A DNA stretch of 21,356 bases from assembly GCA_043753995.1 (NCBI GenBank), contig JAYUVP010000038.1:1-21356 (forward strand). The letters are read 5' to 3'. Source of the stretch: Fibrobacterota bacterium (GTDB taxonomy: Bacteria > Fibrobacterota > Fibrobacteria > UBA11236). The position numbers and the translations under genes are program-made. Below, one piece after another: positions 1 through 8,041 of this stretch (position 1 is the first letter of the stretch; each line of letters begins with the position of its first letter). The notes beneath the pieces were generated by a model that was not told the origin of the DNA, did not search any database, and was given only the letters and a program-made list of their open reading frames with translations.

Positions 1-726
1 ACTGCCATTTCCCTAGCCGAAGCCATGCGCGAATATTTGCGGTTGCGCTCTATGCCCGAACCCAAGCAAATCATCAAAGCAGCCATAGCCCAAGTGGATA
101 TGGGTGAAGGCAAAACGATATCCGAAGAGTCGTCGGCGGCTTTGCAGGCGAGGCTGTCCGAATCCCGCTCGGAGGAAGCCGAGATTCCGCAATCCCCGAA
201 AACAAGCATTCCATTCATGAAGATTTGGCCTTGGGTCCTGGGACCTTCGATCATGCTTTTCACCTATGGCATGACGCACAACTGGCCCAGTAAGCTCATA
301 CGACGCGCCTTGCACCAGATGAATAACAAGCAAGAAGTCGACGATGCAGATGTCCTGGCCAAGGTCCCACTGGATGCCAAGGATCCGGTCGATTCCCTGG
401 TAACCTTGATGCGCAAGGGTTGGCAAGCCGACTTCAACAATACAGCGCTAAAACTCATGTCGGCTCACTTGACCAAAAAGCCCAAGGCCACTTTAAGATT
501 GGCTTTCGCCGTGCGTGAGGCCGCTAAACACTCGCTTGAAGCGAAGCGCTTTCTCGTGCAGTCGGAGTATTTCGTCTTGGCAGCCTATTTCGCAAATCAG
601 GAATTCGCCAAAGCCGAGCCCGTGGCCCGCGACTATTTAGCCCAATTTCCTCTCAGCCCCTATCATGATGCCGTCGCAAGCATGTATGAGTCGCTTGAGG
701 TCATGAAAAACAACGGCCTGTACTGA
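1..726 (+). CDS. 5'-truncated membrane protein: linker, one hydrophobic segment and a helical/TPR-like C-terminus; possibly the C-terminal part of a Ser/Thr protein kinase
   Basis: Frame 1 is open from base 1 (TAISLAEAMREYL...), so the gene probably starts before the window. Hydrophobic segment IWPWVLGPSIMLFTYGM. The C-terminal AAYFANQEFAKAEPVARDYLAQFPLSPY is TPR-like. The kinase idea rests only on the resemblance of the first residues to the last helix of Hanks kinases. Confidence 0.6.
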   Translation, partial: TAISLAEAMREYLRLRSMPEPKQIIKAAIAQVDMGEGKTISEESSAALQARLSESRSEEAEIPQSPKTSIPFMKIWPWVLGPSIMLFTYGMTHNWPSKLIRRALHQMNNKQEVDDADVLAKVPLDAKDPVDSLVTLMRKGWQADFNNTALKLMSAHLTKKPKATLRLAFAVREAAKHSLEAKRFLVQSEYFVLAAYFANQEFAKAEPVARDYLAQFPLSPYHDAVASMYESLEVMKNNGLY

Positions 727-745
727 AGGGTCGAGTCGAGTTTAC

Positions 746-899
746 AGGGGAGGTGCCCCTTGGCGGTGGGGGTAGGTCAAGACCCCGCAAGCGCAGCGCG
801 GAGGCTTGGCCGAGGGGGAGGGCCTAGGTCACTTAGCGGTGACGTATTGCAAACGGAGCTAAGCGAAGAGGCCTGCGGAATCACGCGGCCTCCCCTTTC
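746..899. repeat. GC-rich multi-hairpin intergenic element (REP/MITE-like or structured RNA)
   Basis: Inverted pairs: AGGGG/CCCCT (746-760); GGTCAAG 775-781 / CTTGGCC 805-811 enclosing CCGC..GCGG and a GCGCAGC mini-hairpin; GAGGGGGAGGGCC 812-824 / GGCCTCCCCTTTC 887-899; CTTAGC 832-837 / GCTAAG 858-863. Confidence 0.5.
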
Positions 900-1178
900 A
901 AATATTGTCTTTGGATTTTATCGAAAATGCTGGTTATGCGGAACACCTGGCATCTCTGTCGGAAAATTTTACGCGCACCGAGAGTCATCGTTAACAATTG
1001 TCAATAACCGGTAACATGAGTTATCAAATTCAAATGACACACTCAAAATGAGTAGTAGAAAGTCAAAACCGTAGTATTGTCTTTACCCTTTCATTATTAA
1101 AAAAGAAATCCGAATAGTTATGCTCTAACCTAGGCGTTCAGGACGCATCCTGGCAACTCATGGTAAAGGTATAGACTA

Positions 1179-4100
1179 ATGTTACTACGCATAAACTTAG
1201 TATTAAGCATCGGATGGGTCTTGGCTGCTGGCAATCTTCAACCTGCTGCGGCACAGACATTTCCGGTTATTATACCTCAAGCATCCGACCCGTGGTTCAG
1301 CGGACTAACGATTCCCGCAACCGCCCCGACCCAAGGCATGTGGTCGCCTGTCTTTGCCTGGCCCATCGTCGCCTTGCACCTCACCGTCTTACCGAATGGC
1401 GACATCTTGTCCTTTGGAACCCCAGTCGGCCAAGGGGCGCAGGAGGGCCGTACCTTGGATCGATGGAATCCATCGGCTCCCGGCAATCATCTCACCCTTC
1501 CGAATTCTCAAAACGTGAACAGCTTTTGCGCCGCTGGCATTCTTTTGAATAGCGGGTCCTTGCTCGTCTCGGGTGGGAATGCCCCGCGTCAGAGCACCGT
1601 GTTCAATTACAACGACAACTCGGCGGCCACCACGGTTTCCCAGCTCGCATCGGATCGATGGTATGGATCTCTTATCAAGCTGGCAGACGGCCGCAGCCTC
1701 ATGACCGGGGGCAGCTCGCCTTATGCCATCAATGTTTGGCAGGACCCAGGGGGTAGTCTGGGCAGCGTTTCCATGACGCCGGAAGTTTTCGATCCGGCCA
1801 CCGGCTGGAGCTCCTTGTTCGGCGCGAATAGTCGGGAGGCCTTCGGTCCCGATTATAATCGTTGGTGGTATCCCAGGAATTGGGTCGCTCCCAATGGCCA
1901 GGTCTTCGGCATTTCCGCCGAGCAAATGTGGTATCTCGATCCCGCCGGCAATGGCAGCCTTCGCGTCGTAGGCACCTTCAAAACGCCGGCCGATGATATA
2001 CTCCGACCGAATATCGGCGCGACCTCGACGGCGGCCATGTATGACGTGGGCCGCATACTCCAAGTCGGGGGTAACGGGTATGTGAACCAGCAACCCACGG
2101 TTTCCAGCGCCGCGGCAACGACTTTCGATATTCGTGACGGGGATCCCATCGTAGCGGAGGCTGATTCGATGGCTTTTGCGCGGCAGTGGGCGAATTCGAC
2201 AGTATTGCCGAATAGCTTTGTTCTAGTGACCGGCGGTACCCGGTTTGGCGACAATGGAGACCCTTCCGCCGTGCGCGAGGCCGAGTGGTGGAATCCGAAC
2301 TCGGGAACCTGGACCACCTTGGCCACCGCTCAGAATATCCGCAACTACCATTCTGCCGCCGTTTTACTTCCTAATGGGCTGGTGCTCGTCACGGGAGGCG
2401 GGGTGCCGGGGCCAGTCAACAATTTCAACGGCCAAATCTATTACCCACCTTATTTGTTCCAAGCCAAAGGAGCAGGAGCAGCAATTGCGACCCGGCCTCG
2501 CATGGTCAGCGCGAGTACGCTACAAGCGGAATATGCGGGAACGTTCCAAATCGAAATGGCGGATGTGAATTTAATCACACGAATCGTAATGATGGGTCTG
2601 GGTTCGACGACGCATAGCTTTGACATGGGGCAGCGGCTCGTGCCGTTGGAATTCACACAAGCCGGAGCCATCTTGACCTTGACCGCCCCCGCGAGCGCGA
2701 ATATTGCCCCGCCGGGCTATTACCAGGTGGTAGCACTCAATGCCGCTGGCATTCCCTCCCGCGGATTCATTGTTGCCATGGCGGCAGCACCTCCTACAGC
2801 ACCAGCCCCGATTGCAGCGGATCCGGTGGCGCTTTATCCATTCGATCAAACTACAGGGACGGTGGCTACCGATTTTTCCGGCAATGGACAGAACGGGACT
2901 CTGGTGGGCGGAGCCACCTTCACGGCCGGGCGCACCGGGAATGCCTTGAATCTTTCGGGAGCGAACCAATACGCCGATCTTCCGGATGGCTTGGTTGCTG
3001 GCTGCCGTGATTTCACTTTCGCAGCTTGGGTTCGGCTTGGGGCAAACCCCAATTGGAATCGAGTCTTCGACTTCGGTAATGGTACGGGCACCAATATGTT
3101 CCTCACGACAGCGGCTGGAGGCCAAATTTTCCGATTTGCGATTCGTAACAATAACAGCACTGAGCAGCGTGTCTCTTATAATTACTCCTTTCCCACCGGC
3201 ACTTGGAAACACGTGGCTTTTACCTTGGCAGGAGGGACGGGTAGTTTGTATCTGGACGGCACCCAAGTCGCCCAGAACACCAGCATGAGCCTACGTCCTA
3301 TCGACCTTGGCTTGACTCCGAATGTCTGGCTCGGGCGCTCGCAATATGGTGCGGACCCCTATTTGAACGGCAGTTTAGATGAAGTCCGCATCTCATGCCG
3401 TGCTTATTCAGCCACGGAAGTACGAGGTGCTGCTGGCGGGAATGTCGCAACCTATCCCTTCGACCAGACCACAGGTACCGTGGCAACCGATGTCTCCGGT
3501 ACCGGCAATACCGGCATGCTTGTGGGAGGTGCCACTTGGGCACCTGGCCTAAGCGGGAATGCCGTTCAACTCGCGGGTGCAGGTCAATACGTCGACTTAC
3601 CCGATAATCTTGCCGCAAGCTGCCGAGAATTCACCTTCGCATCCTGGGTGAATCTCGCGGCCAATCCCAATTGGGCTCGCATCCTCGACGCTGGCAATAG
3701 CACCTCCACCTATATGTTCCTCACCCCAGCGGCCGCAGATAAAATTTTGCGGTTTGCCATGAAGTTGAATGATGGCGCTGAGCAGCAACTCTCCTATGGC
3801 GTCAACCTTTCCCTCGGCCAATGGCGTCACGTGGCAGTTACCCTAGCCGGCAGTACCGGGCGGCTCTATCTCGACGGCATCGAAGTCGCGCAAAATCCGG
3901 CTATGTCCCTCCAACCTAACCAGATCGCCCCCATGCCCAATGTCTGGCTCGGGCGCTCCCATTACCCGGATCCCTATTTGAACGGTTCCCTTGACGACAC
4001 CCGCTTCGCCTGCCGCGCATTGCCGGCTGCTGAAATTTCCGCCCTTGCCTTGCCTCCCGGAAATCTGATCGCTTCGTATCCATTCGATGAAACGGCAGGA

Positions 4101-4682
4101 GTGAATGCCATGGACGCCTCGACCAATGCCAAACATGCGACTCTGGTGGGAGGCGCGACGCGCGTTGAAGGCCGGAAGGGGAATGCCATTGCCTTGTCGG
4201 GCACTACCCAGTATGCCACCTTGCCCGCTGGACTCGTCTCCGCTTGCGCCGATTTCACCTTCGCTGGTTGGGTTAACCTGTCGGCTACTGCCAATTGGGC
4301 GCGCATTTTCGATTTCGGCAATGGGACCGGGACCAATATGTTTTTGACGCCTCGGACAAATGCTGGCTCCCTGCGATTCGCGATTCGTAACCAGAACGGG
4401 GCGGAACAGCAAATCTCTTATACCTATGCCTTCCCCACCAATACCTGGAAACATGTCGCCGTCACTCTCGCAGGAAATACGGGAAGGATGTATGTCGATG
4501 GCGTTCAAGTCGCCCAGAATACAAACCTCACGCTTGACCCGGTGAATCTTGGCGCGCTTCCCAATGTCTGGATAGGACGATCGCAATACCCAGCCGATCC
4601 TTATTTGAACGGCCGAGTCGACGACTTCCGTTTCTCTTGCCGAGCTTTCACTGCGAGCGAAATCAGCGCGCTCGCGCAATGA
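1179..4682 (+). CDS. Secreted galactose-oxidase-like copper radical oxidase (CAZy AA5-like Kelch propeller + DUF1929/Ig-like domain) with three C-terminal LamG-like jellyroll domains
   Basis: Signal peptide ending PAAA-Q. Active-site motifs NSFC(117)AAG, RWY(162)GS, RNY(390)H(391)SAAVLLPNG and STTH(479)SFDMGQR match Cys228/Tyr272/Tyr495/His496/His581 of fungal galactose oxidase in order and spacing. APPGYY motif, a Pro/Ala linker, then three ~205-aa repeats (YPFD..G, DFTFAxWV, W.RIFDFG, WKHVAVT, LYxDG, WLGRS.Y, LNG.LDD.R). Confidence 0.93.
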   Translation: MLLRINLVLSIGWVLAAGNLQPAAAQTFPVIIPQASDPWFSGLTIPATAPTQGMWSPVFAWPIVALHLTVLPNGDILSFGTPVGQGAQEGRTLDRWNPSAPGNHLTLPNSQNVNSFCAAGILLNSGSLLVSGGNAPRQSTVFNYNDNSAATTVSQLASDRWYGSLIKLADGRSLMTGGSSPYAINVWQDPGGSLGSVSMTPEVFDPATGWSSLFGANSREAFGPDYNRWWYPRNWVAPNGQVFGISAEQMWYLDPAGNGSLRVVGTFKTPADDILRPNIGATSTAAMYDVGRILQVGGNGYVNQQPTVSSAAATTFDIRDGDPIVAEADSMAFARQWANSTVLPNSFVLVTGGTRFGDNGDPSAVREAEWWNPNSGTWTTLATAQNIRNYHSAAVLLPNGLVLVTGGGVPGPVNNFNGQIYYPPYLFQAKGAGAAIATRPRMVSASTLQAEYAGTFQIEMADVNLITRIVMMGLGSTTHSFDMGQRLVPLEFTQAGAILTLTAPASANIAPPGYYQVVALNAAGIPSRGFIVAMAAAPPTAPAPIAADPVALYPFDQTTGTVATDFSGNGQNGTLVGGATFTAGRTGNALNLSGANQYADLPDGLVAGCRDFTFAAWVRLGANPNWNRVFDFGNGTGTNMFLTTAAGGQIFRFAIRNNNSTEQRVSYNYSFPTGTWKHVAFTLAGGTGSLYLDGTQVAQNTSMSLRPIDLGLTPNVWLGRSQYGADPYLNGSLDEVRISCRAYSATEVRGAAGGNVATYPFDQTTGTVATDVSGTGNTGMLVGGATWAPGLSGNAVQLAGAGQYVDLPDNLAASCREFTFASWVNLAANPNWARILDAGNSTSTYMFLTPAAADKILRFAMKLNDGAEQQLSYGVNLSLGQWRHVAVTLAGSTGRLYLDGIEVAQNPAMSLQPNQIAPMPNVWLGRSHYPDPYLNGSLDDTRFACRALPAAEISALALPPGNLIASYPFDETAGVNAMDASTNAKHATLVGGATRVEGRKGNAIALSGTTQYATLPAGLVSACADFTFAGWVNLSATANWARIFDFGNGTGTNMFLTPRTNAGSLRFAIRNQNGAEQQISYTYAFPTNTWKHVAVTLAGNTGRMYVDGVQVAQNTNLTLDPVNLGALPNVWIGRSQYPADPYLNGRVDDFRFSCRAFTASEISALAQ
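2826..4679 (+). repeat. Three tandem intragenic LamG-like (Laminin_G_3/ConA-like) domain repeats
   Basis: Repeat units start near 2826, 3444 and 4068 (periods 618 and 624 nt). Protein motifs are shared while synonymous positions have diverged. Confidence 0.9.
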
Positions 4683-4699
4683 TGGAGGAAATGGTTACG

Positions 4700-5380
4700 C
4701 TATGGATTTAGCGCGTCGATTTCGCTGACTTCTCGCAAGAGGCGAGGCCTGTCCATGGCCCCGGTATAGCGTTGCATGACGCGGCCCTGGGCATCGACTA
4801 GGTAAACCCCCGCTTGATGATCATAAAGGCCATCGCTCGTGGGGTTAACACCGACACTGTAATAGCGATAAAGCCAGTTCAGCTCGGCGCTCTTCCCGGT
4901 CACAAAAGACCAATTCGTGAAATCCACGCCCATGGACATGGCATATTGCTTCAATGCCAGCGCCGAATCTCGATCCGGGTCTACCGTAACGGAGAGGATA
5001 CGGACGCGAGTTCGCAAGGCTGGCGGCAAGGCCTGCTGAAACCCAATCAACGCCTGGGTCTGGGTTGGACAGATCAGAGGACAGTTGGTAAAGATGAAAT
5101 TCACGAGTACGGTCTTTTTCGCGAGTTTGGCGAAAGAAAAGGGCTGCCCTTCTTGATCGACGAGGGTTTGCAAGTCTTTGGGTGAGGCTGCGGCCTGCGC
5201 TGCGGGGCGAGCTGAAGAGGATTTACTCTGGGCCTTGGCGTCGGGTCCGACTTGTTTCTGCACGAGTTCCTGGTTTTCCTTCGCATTGCAGGTAAAGGCA
5301 AGCGCCATAATCAAGGTGCTCAACGGAACACCCCGCCTTGGTTTTTGGATTTCAAGATTGAAAAAGGGATTTCTAAACAT
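4700..5380 (-). CDS. SCO1/SenC family copper chaperone
   Basis: FIFTNCPLICP (CxxxCP), SVTVDPDRD, WSFVTG and the conserved His in YDHQAGVYLVD. N-terminal hydrophobic stretch ends in LAFT-C (possible lipoprotein). Exact start is uncertain. Confidence 0.93.
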   Translation of the reverse strand: MFRNPFFNLEIQKPRRGVPLSTLIMALAFTCNAKENQELVQKQVGPDAKAQSKSSSARPAAQAAASPKDLQTLVDQEGQPFSFAKLAKKTVLVNFIFTNCPLICPTQTQALIGFQQALPPALRTRVRILSVTVDPDRDSALALKQYAMSMGVDFTNWSFVTGKSAELNWLYRYYSVGVNPTSDGLYDHQAGVYLVDAQGRVMQRYTGAMDRPRLLREVSEIDALNP

Positions 5381-5502
5381 TCATCAGCCTCTTAAAGAAA
5401 ATCGCGTCTCATGTATTCTAGCAGGATATTCACCTTGCCCCCAACTCATTTTCAAGGGGATTTCAACTTGACCGCTCCGTCAGGATAAACGAATTTTACG
5501 AT

Positions 5503-6042
5503 ATGAGCTCAATATCGACAGCATTGGACATCCTGCGCTTTCCCATAGGTGTATCGCCGAAAATCGACACCTATGACCCTGCCCTCATTTTACGCGAGAT
5601 CGATCGCATCGCGACCTTACCCGTCAGGCTGCGTCGAGCCTTGGACGGGGCCGAGGAAACATCCTTGTTACGGCCCTATCGCCCCGATGGCTGGAATGCA
5701 TTGCAAGTCATTCATCATCTCGCCGATAGCCACATCAATAGCTATACCCGTTTCAAGCTGGCCCTCACCGAAGAAAATCCCACCATCAAGCCTTATGAGG
5801 AAGGCCTCTGGGTGGAACAAGCCGACGCGACTCGCGAAGCCATGCCCCTATCGCTTGCCCTATTGGAGCCCCTGCATGCCCGATGGGTTTTGCTATTGCA
5901 AGGCATGCAGGAAAAGCAATGGCGGCGGACTTTTTTTCATCCTGGCTACAAGGTCACCTGGACTCTATTTCATGCCGTCAGCCTTTATGCATGGCATGGA
6001 GACCATCATTTGGAGCATGTGAAATTGGGCTTAAACGGTTAA
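5503..6042 (+). CDS. yfiT: YfiT/BstA-like DinB-superfamily metalloprotein (putative thiol S-transferase)
   Basis: LRFPIG, YRPDGW..LQVIHHLADSH.NSY.RFKLALTEENPTIKPY, LH.RW and YAWHGDHHLEH are characteristic YfiT motifs with the metal-binding His residues. Confidence 0.88.
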   Translation: MSSISTALDILRFPIGVSPKIDTYDPALILREIDRIATLPVRLRRALDGAEETSLLRPYRPDGWNALQVIHHLADSHINSYTRFKLALTEENPTIKPYEEGLWVEQADATREAMPLSLALLEPLHARWVLLLQGMQEKQWRRTFFHPGYKVTWTLFHAVSLYAWHGDHHLEHVKLGLNG

Positions 6043-6740
6043 AGGCTCCGAGGCGCTAAGCTTGGCTGAAAAGGCCGAACTTCGATTTCGCTGATCAAAT
6101 TATTGCCGCTCATATTGAGGCAACTCACGACGGCATCAGCGACATCACCCGGTTGCAATGGGTTTTTGGGGGGTTGATGCGCGCCCATGGTTTTGAAAAT
6201 GTCGGTTGCCACCGACCCAGGCATGACGCAAGTGACTTTCACGCCTTTAGGGCGTAATTCTTTGAACATCGTTTCCGATAGACCACGCACGGCGAACTTG
6301 GTGGCGCAATACCCACCCATATTTTCAAGTCCGGACTTGGCCGCGAGTGAGGCAATATTGACAATATGCCCGCCCTGTCCCATGGCGGGAAGGCAAGCCT
6401 GCACACAGTGGAAAATACCGTGGACATTGACGGCAAACATTTCTTCCCATTGCGTAAAAGGCTGCTCGGCAATGTCACCGGAATAGCCTATCCCAGCATT
6501 GTTAACCAGCACGTCGAGGCGGCCACCAAAATGACTCAAGGTGTTTTCAAAGGCCTGACGAACCGAATGCTTGTCACTGACATCACAAACCAGGGAGATG
6601 CAATTGGCTTTTCCCAGATCTTTGGCCTTGCGACTCCAAACCGCGACCTTCATTCCGCGTTGCAAAAGAGCCTCGGTGATAGCCAAACCGATGCCGCGAC
6701 TGCCTCCGGTCACTACTGCAACCTTACCTGAAAAATCCAT
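6039..6740 (-). CDS. Short-chain dehydrogenase/reductase (SDR)
   Basis: TGGSRGIG, DVLVNNAG, IVNIAS and YCATK motifs. The stop overlaps the convergent yfiT stop (TTAA 6039-6042). It lies 24 bp downstream of nspC, so it is probably co-transcribed. Confidence 0.95.
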   Translation of the reverse strand: MDFSGKVAVVTGGSRGIGLAITEALLQRGMKVAVWSRKAKDLGKANCISLVCDVSDKHSVRQAFENTLSHFGGRLDVLVNNAGIGYSGDIAEQPFTQWEEMFAVNVHGIFHCVQACLPAMGQGGHIVNIASLAAKSGLENMGGYCATKFAVRGLSETMFKELRPKGVKVTCVMPGSVATDIFKTMGAHQPPKNPLQPGDVADAVVSCLNMSGNNLISEIEVRPFQPSLAPRSL

Positions 6741-6764
6741 GCTTCCTTCTTTCTGAAATTCTGA

Positions 6765-7940
6765 TTATGAATTACGAAGCTTATAAGTTTCGTAGCCGAA
6801 ACGACGTACTTCGCGGTATTGCCCCTCTGCTGTCCAAATTCCAAGGGACGGCAAGGTGACACCGTTGAAGGTGGTATTCTTCACGATGGTGTAGTGAATC
6901 ATGTCTTCGAATACCAGTTTGTCACCGATTTGCAATGGCTTTGAAAAGCTGTAGTCGCCAATGACATCGCCGGCCAAACAGGTTGTGCCGCCCAGGCGAT
7001 AAGTGTGGGGCAAAACTCCCGCGTCCTCAGCATGGCGAATCTCTGGGCGATAGGGCATTTCCAAGGTGTCGGGCATATGCGCCGAAGCGGAGATGTCTAA
7101 TATCGCGATGTCCATGCCATTGCGAACTATGTCTAAAACGGAGGCAATCAAGGGGCCGGTGCGCCAACCCACCGCCTCGCCGGGTTCCAGATAGACTTCC
7201 ACTCCGTATTTTTCGCGAAAGTTTTTAACGATGCGAATCAAACGGCCCACATCATATCCTTCTCGGGTGATGTGATGCCCACCCCCAAAATTCACCCACT
7301 TCATGCGGCGAATATAAGGAGCGTAGAGCTTTTCAAAACTCGCTACCACCTTTTCCAGGGTATCACTGCCGTTACCACAGAGAGCGTGGAAATGCAGTCC
7401 GTCTATGCCGTCCAATTCCTCAGGCTTGAATTCTTCGATGGCCACGCCCAAGCGCGAGCCTAATATGCAAGGATCGTAAAGCGGCGTTTTAACCTCGCTA
7501 TAACCCGGATTCACGCGTATGCCGCAACTAATGTTTCGCCGCGATGCCAAAACTTGGGGCTTGAAGCGCCGCCATTGGGAAAAACTATTGAAAACAAGAT
7601 GGTCCGCGATTTCTAAAACTTCCGGGAATTCGCGCTCGCTGTAAGCCACTTGATATACGTGCACCTCACGGCCCATTTCCTCTTTGGCGAGCCGGGCTTC
7701 ATTCAAGGAGCTGGACGTGGCTCCCAAGAGCACCTCTTTCACCCAAGGAAAGCTGCTCCAAAAAGCGAAGCCCTTAAGCGCCATAATGATGCGAGCCCCA
7801 CTTTCGCGCATGACCCGGTCAAAGACCTCTAAATTGCGCTTCAGCGCGACCTCTTCGAGGACATAGGCTGGCGAGGGTATTTGAGCGGGATCTAGGGGTA
7901 CCGCATTTTTAGGGGCAAGATAAGGTTGAGTGCTGGACAT
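6765..7940 (-). CDS. nspC: Carboxynorspermidine/carboxyspermidine decarboxylase
   Basis: PSPAYVLEE, ALKGF (PLP lysine), SSLNEARL, LYDPC..GSRLG, GLHFHALC, WVNFGGGHHITR, YLEPGEA, HMPDTLEMPY, TCLAGDVIGDY and HYTIVKNTTFNG. Confidence 0.95.
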   Translation of the reverse strand: MSSTQPYLAPKNAVPLDPAQIPSPAYVLEEVALKRNLEVFDRVMRESGARIIMALKGFAFWSSFPWVKEVLLGATSSSLNEARLAKEEMGREVHVYQVAYSEREFPEVLEIADHLVFNSFSQWRRFKPQVLASRRNISCGIRVNPGYSEVKTPLYDPCILGSRLGVAIEEFKPEELDGIDGLHFHALCGNGSDTLEKVVASFEKLYAPYIRRMKWVNFGGGHHITREGYDVGRLIRIVKNFREKYGVEVYLEPGEAVGWRTGPLIASVLDIVRNGMDIAILDISASAHMPDTLEMPYRPEIRHAEDAGVLPHTYRLGGTTCLAGDVIGDYSFSKPLQIGDKLVFEDMIHYTIVKNTTFNGVTLPSLGIWTAEGQYREVRRFGYETYKLRNS

Positions 7941-8041
7941 TCCTGAAAATGTAGCTGCGATTCCACTCGAATGACACTGACGGCTTTGCGAGTTTCACCG
8001 GCTAATGTCTTCGTATTTTCAGGATTCTCAAAGGAGTTCCT

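Noticed and set aside
13..426. Antisense and alternate-frame ORFs over real genes (e.g. 13..426, 1389..2093, 2571..3266, 3843..4679, 11223..11984, 13405..13965, 19675..20319)
   Set aside because: They overlap genes with clear family motifs and have no motifs of their own. Long shadow ORFs are expected at this GC content.
760..1014. 84-aa ORF on the + strand
   Set aside because: TTG start, no recognisable motif, and it runs through the hairpin element and a compositional boundary.
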